A stretch of DNA of 64,000 nucleotides from a virus. The position numbers and the translations under genes are program-made. Location of the stretch: the IMG/VR virus record IMGVR_UViG_3300023700_000001. The stretch is one strand, 5' to 3'. Below, piece after piece: positions 39,088 through 47,890 of this stretch (within the stretch, counting starts at the first letter, position 1; each line of letters starts with the position of its first letter). The notes below the pieces were generated by a model, which saw only the letters and a program-made list of their open reading frames with translations, had not been told where the DNA came from and did not search any database.

Positions 39088-39095
39088 AATAAATA
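39088..39095 (+). promoter_or_regulatory. candidate T4-type late promoter
   Basis: AATAAATA (T4 consensus TATAAATA) 24 nt before the ATG of the gp48-like gene. A gp33 homologue is present. Confidence 0.35.
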
Positions 39096-39105
39096 ACACC
39101 ACCTT

Positions 39106-39113
39106 TATTTAGA
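39106..39113 (-). promoter_or_regulatory. candidate T4-type late promoter (minus strand)
   Basis: TCTAAATA on the minus strand, about 34 nt before the gp4-like start. Confidence 0.25.
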
Positions 39114-39119
39114 GAAAAT

Positions 39120-40268
39120 ATGTCACTCATCTCAGACGCAAAAGCAGCTGCAGACGCTATCAAAAACGGAGTTTCTTCTGTCAAAGAAGGGATCAATAGC
39201 TATGCTAAATCATTAGAGAATCCAGAAAATCTATGGACAGCTAGAGGTGGTCCAACGCCCTTCGAAGATAGAACTTACGACGTTAAAAGCCATTGTTACC
39301 CATCTGATCTTATGGCTTCTGATGGACGTTATGGTGGACACTATGCAATGTTCTACATCAACGTAGCGACAGATTCTAAGTTATTCAAAAGTGGTACAGT
39401 AGAGACTGTTGAGAATTATTCTCCTAGAGATCGTGGTGATTTAATTGGTCAGTCTATGACAAGAGCTGGCTTGGTTGGTTCTAATGCAGCTGTTATCGGT
39501 GTCGAAGCATACGCAGCTAAGAAACTTGGTATTGGTTCAGCAGATATTAATGCAAAAGTTGCAGCAGCTGCCACAGTCGGTGTTGGTGTTGCTGCTACTA
39601 TGGCTCCAGATGCTAAACGTTCTCAGCGTAGATTGAAGACTGCCATCGCTCTTCATATTCCGAATCAATTGTCTATTCACTATGGTGTTCAGTGGTCCGA
39701 CGACGACACCAGCATGCTTGCTATGGCTAATGCTGCTGGTACTGAAATTATGAAGGCTGTGACACCTGGATCTAAAGACAGTAACATTAGTGGCGTTGCC
39801 CAAGCTGTTATTGCCAATATCGCTCTGTCAAAAGGTCCAAATGCTTCTGCTAACTCTGCAGCACTTGGTCTAGCAGCAAACCCTAAAAAAGAACAAGTGT
39901 TCAAAGGCGTAGACTTTAGAACATTCTCTTTCGATTATCAGTTCTTCCCAAGAAATGAACCAGAAGCTAAGAATGTTCTTAGAATCATCGAAGAGTTCAA
40001 GTATCATATGCATCCAGAATTTAAGGATGCCAACAATTTCGTTTACATTTACCCTTCTGAGTTTGACATTATGTACTATTCAGGTGGTGTAGAAAACAGA
40101 GCTATCCATCGTCATACATCTTGTGTATTGACTGATGTGAATATCAACTATACACCTAACGGTATGTTCACCACATTTGCAAATGGTATGCCTACTCAAA
40201 TCAATGTCACATTGAATTTCCGTGAATTGGCTCTGTTGACAAAAGATAAAATTAAGGACGGTCTATAA
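39120..40268 (+). CDS. gp48: baseplate tail-tube cap gp48-like
   Basis: FRTFSFDYQFFPRNEPEAKNVLRIIEEFKYHMHPEF and a C-terminal TLNFRELALLTKDKIKDGL, a gp19-fold C-terminal domain as in T4 gp48. Confidence 0.6.
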   Translation: MSLISDAKAAADAIKNGVSSVKEGINSYAKSLENPENLWTARGGPTPFEDRTYDVKSHCYPSDLMASDGRYGGHYAMFYINVATDSKLFKSGTVETVENYSPRDRGDLIGQSMTRAGLVGSNAAVIGVEAYAAKKLGIGSADINAKVAAAATVGVGVAATMAPDAKRSQRRLKTAIALHIPNQLSIHYGVQWSDDDTSMLAMANAAGTEIMKAVTPGSKDSNISGVAQAVIANIALSKGPNASANSAALGLAANPKKEQVFKGVDFRTFSFDYQFFPRNEPEAKNVLRIIEEFKYHMHPEFKDANNFVYIYPSEFDIMYYSGGVENRAIHRHTSCVLTDVNINYTPNGMFTTFANGMPTQINVTLNFRELALLTKDKIKDGL

Positions 40269-40269
40269 A

Positions 40270-41025
40270 ATGTACTTTAAGGATTTTCCGAAAGTCTTAT
40301 ATGACTTCGACATCAATACTAAAAAGTCAGAAGGAACACAAGCCACTGCTATCGCTAACTTAGCTGCAGGTGGTGTTGGTTCAGTAACTATCGTTAACCC
40401 AGGATCTGGTTATACCTCAGCTTCTGTTACATTCTCTGAACCAGACACTGCAGGTGTCACTGCTTCTGCAAAGGCTGTTATTTCTAATGGTGTTATCACT
40501 AACATTATTATGCTGACTACTGGAACTGGTTACACGCAAACACCAACAGTAGTTATCACTGCACCTTACGGTATCATTAAGAAAGAGACCAAGGCATTCG
40601 TGATGACAGATATCTCTAGAAACATTCGTTTTAGAAGAGACATTCTGGCAAACATCTCAGTATACGATGAGTATGACATTGTTGATGGTGAAACACCAGA
40701 GATTATTGCAGAGAAAGTATATGGTAATCCACAGTATCACTGGATTGTGATGTTAGCGAATGACATTTATGACTATCGTGCAGACTTTCCTTTAACTCAG
40801 TTGGCATTAGAGAAGTTTGTATCTGACAAGTACGGGCAGGATGCTGATGCAACTAAACACTATGTAAATGCAGAAGGTTATGTAGTAAATGCAGATTCTG
40901 CTGGTGCTGTGCCACTATCAAATAGACAGTACGAAGAGATTATCAATGAATCTAAACGCAGAATCAAGTTAATCTCTAAAGATCTAATTTCTGTTGTTTT
41001 GAAAAACTTTAAAGATCAACTATAA
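40270..41025 (+). CDS. gp53: baseplate wedge protein gp53-like with N-terminal GxGY repeats
   Basis: The C-terminal half (ETPEIIAEKVYGNPQYHWIVMLANDIYDY...KRRIKLISKD) parallels T4 gp53. The N-terminus carries two PGSGYTS / TGTGYTQTP repeats. Confidence 0.6.
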   Translation: MYFKDFPKVLYDFDINTKKSEGTQATAIANLAAGGVGSVTIVNPGSGYTSASVTFSEPDTAGVTASAKAVISNGVITNIIMLTTGTGYTQTPTVVITAPYGIIKKETKAFVMTDISRNIRFRRDILANISVYDEYDIVDGETPEIIAEKVYGNPQYHWIVMLANDIYDYRADFPLTQLALEKFVSDKYGQDADATKHYVNAEGYVVNADSAGAVPLSNRQYEEIINESKRRIKLISKDLISVVLKNFKDQL

Positions 41026-42308
41026 TGCAATCGTCAGAACAAGCAGTTAGATTTGCTGGTGATGTAAACATCGGCAAAATTAAAATCGTAACACGAAATG
41101 GATTAGCGCAAGACGTAACAGCGCAGGTTATTAACATCCAAATTTTTGAAGACTTGTTCTCTCCATTTATCACAGGCAGTTTGATTCTCAAAGAATCTCT
41201 AGACCTTATCAACTTATTTCCATTCCAAGGTGAGGAAGAAGTCGAGATCGAGATCAATACACCATCTCTACAAAATGGTAACATCAAGTCTAAGTTCTAT
41301 ATCTACAAGATGACTGATAGAGAACTACTTGGCGACAGAAGTATGGTGTATCAGCTACACTTTATCTCTAATGAAGCTATCGTCGACTTGAACAAAAAGA
41401 TCAGTAAAGTTTATGGTGATAAGCCTGAATCTATCATTAAGAGTTTACTGGAAGATCAGGTCAATGGACTACAAAGCGAGAAAACTCTAACTGCAGATTC
41501 GACTGCTAAAATCGCTAAGTTTATATCTAACTTCTGGTCACCAGTTGAAGCTATCAACTATGTTACGCAACTAGCTGAAAGTAAAACAGGATCTCCAAAT
41601 TTTGTATTCTATGAGAACAGAGATGGATTCTATTTTAAGAGTCTTGAGAGTTTATACGAAGCATTACCATATCAAGAGTTTGTGTTAGACAAGTACATGC
41701 GTGATAGTAAACAAAATGGTGGTGACGCTAAGAACGTTCAAGAAGATTACAAACGTATTAACTCCATCAGTATACCTACTGGTTTTGATTATATGGATCG
41801 TATTCGTAGTGGTATGTTTTCATCTAAGTTGATTTCATATGACCTAACTAAGAAGGCGTACAACGTTAAGAACTACAATATGTTCGATGATTTCTCCAAG
41901 CAGAAACATTTGAATGAGTTTAACGTTGCTTCTAGTAAAGCTATCTTCAGATCCAATTCTAGAATTATGAATTATCCAAGAGCCAATGCAAACTTTTCTG
42001 GTTTTGGGGATGCCACGAACTACAGAAATACTCAACAACGTCTTTCACTATTGAAGGCTGCAGAATCTAATAAGATTCAGATTATTGTTCCAGGTCGTTG
42101 CGACTATACTGTTGGTCAAAAGGTTAAAGTTACCTTAAACAAGATGGAACCGATTTCTGCGAATGATTCAGATATTACTGATAAGATGTTCTCTGGCTAT
42201 TATCTAATCTCTGCTATCAACCACGATATCAATAGAGAAAAACACGAGTGTAATATGGAACTAATTAAGGACTCATTAATGATGAGCGTTGACAGGAATA
42301 CAAAATAA
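41025..42308 (+). CDS. baseplate hub protein gp27-like
   Basis: 427 aa, immediately upstream of the gp5-like spike. C-terminal GYYLISAINHDI...MELIKDS. Confidence 0.5.
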   Translation: MQSSEQAVRFAGDVNIGKIKIVTRNGLAQDVTAQVINIQIFEDLFSPFITGSLILKESLDLINLFPFQGEEEVEIEINTPSLQNGNIKSKFYIYKMTDRELLGDRSMVYQLHFISNEAIVDLNKKISKVYGDKPESIIKSLLEDQVNGLQSEKTLTADSTAKIAKFISNFWSPVEAINYVTQLAESKTGSPNFVFYENRDGFYFKSLESLYEALPYQEFVLDKYMRDSKQNGGDAKNVQEDYKRINSISIPTGFDYMDRIRSGMFSSKLISYDLTKKAYNVKNYNMFDDFSKQKHLNEFNVASSKAIFRSNSRIMNYPRANANFSGFGDATNYRNTQQRLSLLKAAESNKIQIIVPGRCDYTVGQKVKVTLNKMEPISANDSDITDKMFSGYYLISAINHDINREKHECNMELIKDSLMMSVDRNTK

Positions 42309-45300
42309 TGTTTTATACAGGCGTAGTTGAAAATAGACAAGATCCACTACAACTTGGTCGTTGCCAAGTTCGTATTGTAGGACTTCATACACACGACAAG
42401 GCTCAGTTACCAACTGAACAATTACCATGGTCTGTGCCAGTCCAATCAGTTACATCTGCTGCGATGAACGGTATTGGTGCTACCCCAATCGGTCCAGTTG
42501 AAGGTACTACTGTCATTATTGGATTTATGGATGATGCTCAGCAACAACCAATTATGTTCGGTACTATCGGTGGCATTCCACAAGCACCTAAAGCTATTGA
42601 AGACGACGATAGTGGAACAGCTATTGAAGGTTCTACAAAACTAAAAGATATTGTTCTTAGAACAGTAGATGGACCAACCAACGGCACCAAACTAACATTC
42701 ATTGATAGAGAAACAGGAAGAACTGATCTAACAACTGGCTTAACTGCTAATATGAAAGTTGTTGGGTTTGGATTATCAGATAACTGTTTTATCGTCACTG
42801 TAGATAATTCTACTCAGATTACAATTAGCGAGATTGTCACAGGTTATGGTGAGAACATCATTACCTTTAAACCAGCTGCAACTAACATTGATGCGGTTAA
42901 CAAAAGCAAGCTAGAAGGTGTATTAACAACTGCAACTGGACTGCCTGTAACTACAAGTAATGGCACTCCTGTTGTAGCTGCTCCTGAAGCTGGTGCTCCA
43001 GCAAGAACAGACACAAACGTTTCTATTCCAACTATTCCACCACCTAAAGAATCTCCAGATACTTCTAAGTCATCTGCAGGTATCAAAGCACTTATTGCTG
43101 CTTGTGATAAAGTTGGACTAACCACTAAAGAACAAAAGTGTGCATTATTGGGTATCGCTGGTGGTGAAACACGTTGGATTCCACAGCTAGAATCATATAA
43201 CTACTCAGCTTCTCGTATGAAGCAGATCTACTCATTTGCCACTGATGAAGATATCGCAAGATACTCTGATGCTTCTAAGAAAGGCATCACACGTGAGCAG
43301 TTCTTCTCTTGGGCATATGGTCCAACTAAACGTGGTAAAGGTTTCCTTGGAAACTTAACAGATGAAGATGGTGGTAAGTATTACGGTCGTGGTTTCATTC
43401 AGTTAACTGGACGCGCAAACTATGCTCGATATCAGAAACTTGCTCAAGCTGAAGGCATAAACATCGACTTGATTAACAATCCAGATTCATTAGATTCTGA
43501 TATTAACGTGTCAGCTTTGGTTGCTGCTCTCTATATTAAGGATCGTGTAGCAAAGGGCACTAAACCTACAGACCACCCTGGATATTTTTATGCAGCTAAG
43601 AAAGCTGTCGGTGTAAACTCACCAGACATCACTGCTAAGAAAACTGCATACTATGAATATTTCTATGGATCTCAATCGACTGGTTCTGTAGATAAAGATG
43701 CTGGTGCTCCACCAGCAGCACCTCCTGCAGATTTTAATGGAACACCTGGACCTTCTGCTGAGTCGATCAAACGTGGCACAGACAATACTGGTTTCCGTGA
43801 CCCTAACAACAAATATCCACTTCAAGAATATTTGAATGAACCAGACACTAACCGTCTGGCACGTGGTATCATAGATGGAACTATCGTTGAGAAGAAAGAC
43901 TCCAACATAGTTAAAGGAATTCCAAAGGCGCTTGATAGTGGATCGTGGGATCAACCTGCTCCACCATTTGGCGCAAAGTATCCATATAATAAAGTATTCG
44001 AGACTGAGTCTGGTCACGTACAAGAGTTTGATGATACTCCTGGCCAAGAACGTATTCACACATACCATCGCGCAGGAACATTCCAAGAGATTGATGCTAA
44101 TGGTTCTGTAACAAATTACATTGTCGGCGACAAGTTCACTTTGATGGAACGTAATGGATGCATCCACGTTGGTGGAGAGTGCAACATTACTGTTGATGGT
44201 AACTTAAACGTGTTTGCCAGAACTGATGCCAATATTGAAGTTTCTCAGAACGCAAACATCAGAGTTGGCAATAACGTAGATCTTGGTGTTGCCAATGATA
44301 TGTACATCGCTGCTGGTGGAGACATTCTAGTTAAAGCGGGTGGGTCTTTTGCTGTAGAAGCAAACTCTATTAGCCATAAAGGTGAAACAGTAAATACTGA
44401 ATCCGCAGCAGATATGAGTATTCTTGCTGGAGGTACATTGCACGCCGACTATGCTGAAGGTCAATTCGGCAACGGTGCTGACGGTGCCACAGTTGTTGAA
44501 CTTACTCCACCTCCAGCTGGTTCTCCAGTTAGCCCTTCTGTGCCATATCTGATTCCACCTGAGCGCCAGACTGAAGAACTTGCAGCTAATGAGACTCCAG
44601 AGGACTACTCAACTCCAGAAGGACGCGCAGCTTCTAATGCTCAGACACAAGCTGGAATTCCAGGTGCTCCTGCTCCAGTTGCTTCTGAAGAAGCTGGTAC
44701 ACCATCAGGCGGTTCTGGCAAGCAGATTCCAGTAGATTGTAAGATTATCTACGGTACTAAGAACTTTACGAACGACTACACCCTTTCTAAGAACTTCACT
44801 CTTGGTATGTGTATGGATGGTGGTGTTAATGGTAAGCATAAACTGGTCGACCAGATGCTTAAAGAATCTGCAAACTCTGCTGAACGTATTTACACTGTCC
44901 AAGAGATTGTGTGTAACTTAGCTATGTCTGCTCAGAACATTCTCGAACCATACCTAGAAGCACTTCCAGGTGGTATTGGTGGATACAACAAACAATGGAA
45001 GATTTCTTCTGGTTATCGCCTAAAGGGTGTTGTGCCAACTGAGTCTCCATTCTCTGATCACTGTAAGGGTCATTGTTTCGATATCGCATTGTTGTTACCA
45101 GATCGTTACAATAAGACATATCAGTTAGTTCAGCAACTAGAGAAGTTGATCACATACGATCAATTGATTCTAGAGTATCGTTATCCAGAGTCTGTTTGGA
45201 TCCACACTGGTTACAAACCACAAGGAAACCGTAAGATGGCATTCACTATGGTAAACGACGCTGTATACAAACGTGATTCTAAAGGTATCCCATCTGGGTT

Positions 45301-45343
45301 TGTTCTGTTGGATTCTATTCCACCGAAAGCTAAGAAGGTATGA
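42308..45343 (+). CDS. gp5: central spike gp5-like with GH19 lysozyme and M15 peptidase domains
   Basis: N-terminal OB motif VVENRQDPLQLGRCQVRIVGLHT...LPW. GH19 motif YYGRGFIQLTGRANY (~43385). Beta-helix repeats (~44000-44400). M15 motif SGYR...SDHCKGHCFD...WIHTGY (~45010-45210). Confidence 0.8.
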   Translation: MFYTGVVENRQDPLQLGRCQVRIVGLHTHDKAQLPTEQLPWSVPVQSVTSAAMNGIGATPIGPVEGTTVIIGFMDDAQQQPIMFGTIGGIPQAPKAIEDDDSGTAIEGSTKLKDIVLRTVDGPTNGTKLTFIDRETGRTDLTTGLTANMKVVGFGLSDNCFIVTVDNSTQITISEIVTGYGENIITFKPAATNIDAVNKSKLEGVLTTATGLPVTTSNGTPVVAAPEAGAPARTDTNVSIPTIPPPKESPDTSKSSAGIKALIAACDKVGLTTKEQKCALLGIAGGETRWIPQLESYNYSASRMKQIYSFATDEDIARYSDASKKGITREQFFSWAYGPTKRGKGFLGNLTDEDGGKYYGRGFIQLTGRANYARYQKLAQAEGINIDLINNPDSLDSDINVSALVAALYIKDRVAKGTKPTDHPGYFYAAKKAVGVNSPDITAKKTAYYEYFYGSQSTGSVDKDAGAPPAAPPADFNGTPGPSAESIKRGTDNTGFRDPNNKYPLQEYLNEPDTNRLARGIIDGTIVEKKDSNIVKGIPKALDSGSWDQPAPPFGAKYPYNKVFETESGHVQEFDDTPGQERIHTYHRAGTFQEIDANGSVTNYIVGDKFTLMERNGCIHVGGECNITVDGNLNVFARTDANIEVSQNANIRVGNNVDLGVANDMYIAAGGDILVKAGGSFAVEANSISHKGETVNTESAADMSILAGGTLHADYAEGQFGNGADGATVVELTPPPAGSPVSPSVPYLIPPERQTEELAANETPEDYSTPEGRAASNAQTQAGIPGAPAPVASEEAGTPSGGSGKQIPVDCKIIYGTKNFTNDYTLSKNFTLGMCMDGGVNGKHKLVDQMLKESANSAERIYTVQEIVCNLAMSAQNILEPYLEALPGGIGGYNKQWKISSGYRLKGVVPTESPFSDHCKGHCFDIALLLPDRYNKTYQLVQQLEKLITYDQLILEYRYPESVWIHTGYKPQGNRKMAFTMVNDAVYKRDSKGIPSGFVLLDSIPPKAKKV

Positions 45344-45651
45344 CAGCGGTAACTTACAAGGGTGCGATGAGTAAGGGTTCTGTAGAAACTCCTACTGCTC
45401 CACCCACCCCACTAACAAAAAAGATTCAATGTTCTAAGAGTTATGTTGGTGGTAAGCTAATCGGTGTAGTTGGTGATCAGTTCGAAGACCACACTAACAT
45501 AGTTGGTACTTTACATCAAGACGCACTAAGACAGATAACTTCTGGTGCTTCAAAAACATACTTTGAAGGTAATCTCGCTGCAAGAGTTGATGATCCAGTC
45601 GCTGACGGCGATCAAGTTGCAGACGGAGATGCAAAGACTTTCATAGAATAA
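45340..45651 (+). CDS. PAAR-like spike tip protein (gp5.4-like)
   Basis: 103 aa directly after the spike gene. VGDQFEDH...H...GNLAARVDDPVADGD pattern. Confidence 0.55.
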   Translation: MTAVTYKGAMSKGSVETPTAPPTPLTKKIQCSKSYVGGKLIGVVGDQFEDHTNIVGTLHQDALRQITSGASKTYFEGNLAARVDDPVADGDQVADGDAKTFIE

Positions 45652-45664
45652 CCTAAATAAGAAT

Positions 45665-46057
45665 ATGGCACGCAATACAAGAATCTTCTCAGATTTAGAC
45701 TTTAACTTCACCGCTCATCCTGTGACTGGTGACGTATCACGCAGATTTGATGAAAACGCTATCAAAACTAGTCTGAAAAATCTGATTCTAACAAGCAACT
45801 ACGAAAGACCTTTCCACAGCGAAATCGGCAGTCCGATCAAGAAGATGTTGTTCGAACCATCAACACCAATGCTTGAGGTTATGCTTCGTCGAGGAATCTT
45901 GGATACTATCGACAACTTTGAACCACGTGTTCAGGTTATGGACGTAATTGTGGTTGTCAATCCAGATGAATATACAGTTGGTGTCACTATTGAGTTCAAA
46001 ATTGTAAATACCAACCTACCACTTACTCTTGACTTAACGCTAGAGAGAACACGATAA
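45665..46057 (+). CDS. gp25: baseplate wedge protein gp25-like
   Basis: IKTSLKNLILTSNYERPFHSEIGSPIKKMLFEP...NFEPRV..V parallels T4 gp25. Confidence 0.75.
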   Translation: MARNTRIFSDLDFNFTAHPVTGDVSRRFDENAIKTSLKNLILTSNYERPFHSEIGSPIKKMLFEPSTPMLEVMLRRGILDTIDNFEPRVQVMDVIVVVNPDEYTVGVTIEFKIVNTNLPLTLDLTLERTR

Positions 46058-47890
46058 ATGGCAACGAATAAGAAAATTAACGTAACAGAATTAGACTTCG
46101 ATAACATCAAGTCTAACTTAAAAGAATTCCTAAAGGGACAAGAGCAGTTTCAAGATTATGATTTTGAAGGTTCTGCAATGTCCGTTTTGTTAGACGTTCT
46201 TGCTTATAACACTCACTATAATGCTCTGTATAACAACATGGCTATCAATGAGATGTTCTTGGAGTCTGCGCGTAAACGCAATAGCGTCGTGTCACTTGCC
46301 AAGATGCTTGGTTACACTCCACGTTCTGCCGCTTGTGCAAGAGCTATCGTAACAGTAACTGTTTCTGGTGGAACTAATTCTCCTTCTGCGATTACACTAC
46401 CTGCATTCTCAGAGTTCACTACAAACGTAGATGGTGCTCAATATACTTTCTTTAATACAGGATCTGTTACATCTTCTAAATCCAATAACGCTTATACATT
46501 CACTGATGTTGAAATTGTAGAAGGTAAGCCATTGACATATAAGTATGTTGTTGGCTCTGGTACACGTTATCTGATTCCAAATGCTAACGTAGACTTATCT
46601 ACACTGAAGGTGCAGGTTCAAGAGAATCCAACTTCTAGTTTGTACGAAACATGGTCTAATTCAGACACAGTTGTAAATGCGACACCTACATCAAAATCTT
46701 TCTGGGTTAAAGAAATCGACGATGGTCTTTATGAAATCACATTCGGTGATGGTAATATTGGTCGTGCATTAAATTCTGGTAACGTAGTTCACCTAGAATA
46801 TTTCGTTTCTAGCTTAGACGCTGCAAATGGCGCTAAGACATTTAGCTATAATGGTGCGACACTGCTCGGTGGTGGTACTGTTAACGTTATTACTACTGGT
46901 ATCGCTTCTAATGGTTCAGATAAAGAATCAAATGACAGTATTCGTTTCAATGCTCCAAAGTTCTATGCTGCTCAAAACCGTGCAGTTACTCCAGATGACT
47001 ACAAGGCTCTAATTTACGCTAACGTACCAGAAGCAAAATCTGTTTCTGTTTGGGGTGGTGAGGATAACAATCCTCCAGTATACGGTAAGACATTTATCTG
47101 CATCAAACCAAAAGATGCGACTAAGCTAACTTCTGTTCAGAAGGCTGCTATCACTTCTTCTGTTTTGAGTAAACGTAACGTTGTTTCTGTTATCCCAGAG
47201 ATTGTAGATCCAGAGTATATCAATATTGCATTGAATATTGCTGTGTACTACAACGAACAAGAAACTACAAAAACTGCTTCAGAAATCGCTACCCTTGTTC
47301 GTCAGACAGTTATTTCTTATAACGATTCCGACCTTCAAACATTCGATGGTGTATTCCGTTTCTCTAAGCTAAGTAAACTTATCGATGAGACAGATCCTTC
47401 TATCGTAAATAATATCACAACTGTGATGCTTCGTCGTAAATTGACACCACGTTATAACGTGTCTGCTCAGTATCTGTTAAATATTATTAACCCTATTTAC
47501 TACTCTGGTGTTGCTGAGGAATCTTTCTCTAGCACTGGTTTCTATATTGCTGGTTCTGACCAGATCCACTATCTTGATGATGATGGTTCTAAGTATGTTC
47601 GTATGTTCCGTTATGGACAAAACGCTGCTAAGATTTATGTAGACAATCAGATCGGTACTATTGACTATGCCAATGGTATCGTTGATATTAAGAACCTAAA
47701 CATCACTGCTTTGGCAGATGTTGACTTTGAAATTTCTATCGCTCCACAATCTAACGACGTAGTTTCTGCTCTTACTCAAGTTGCAGAAATTGCCACAGAC
47801 CACTTGAAGATTACCGCTATCGCTGATAAAACAGCTTCTGGTGACCTACGTGGTGGATACAACTATCAGTTCACTTCTAGTCGTTCATAA
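46058..47890 (+). CDS. gp6: baseplate wedge protein gp6-like (Baseplate_J)
   Basis: DFDNIKSNLKEFL...FQDYDFEGSAMSVLLDVLAYNTHYN...AKMLGYTPRSA. Follows gp25, as in T4. Confidence 0.7.
   Translation: MATNKKINVTELDFDNIKSNLKEFLKGQEQFQDYDFEGSAMSVLLDVLAYNTHYNALYNNMAINEMFLESARKRNSVVSLAKMLGYTPRSAACARAIVTVTVSGGTNSPSAITLPAFSEFTTNVDGAQYTFFNTGSVTSSKSNNAYTFTDVEIVEGKPLTYKYVVGSGTRYLIPNANVDLSTLKVQVQENPTSSLYETWSNSDTVVNATPTSKSFWVKEIDDGLYEITFGDGNIGRALNSGNVVHLEYFVSSLDAANGAKTFSYNGATLLGGGTVNVITTGIASNGSDKESNDSIRFNAPKFYAAQNRAVTPDDYKALIYANVPEAKSVSVWGGEDNNPPVYGKTFICIKPKDATKLTSVQKAAITSSVLSKRNVVSVIPEIVDPEYINIALNIAVYYNEQETTKTASEIATLVRQTVISYNDSDLQTFDGVFRFSKLSKLIDETDPSIVNNITTVMLRRKLTPRYNVSAQYLLNIINPIYYSGVAEESFSSTGFYIAGSDQIHYLDDDGSKYVRMFRYGQNAAKIYVDNQIGTIDYANGIVDIKNLNITALADVDFEISIAPQSNDVVSALTQVAEIATDHLKITAIADKTASGDLRGGYNYQFTSSRS

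Noticed and set aside
43619-44167. 182-aa minus-strand ORF inside the spike gene
   Set aside because: It is antisense to the gp5-like ORF, which has clear domain motifs through this interval.
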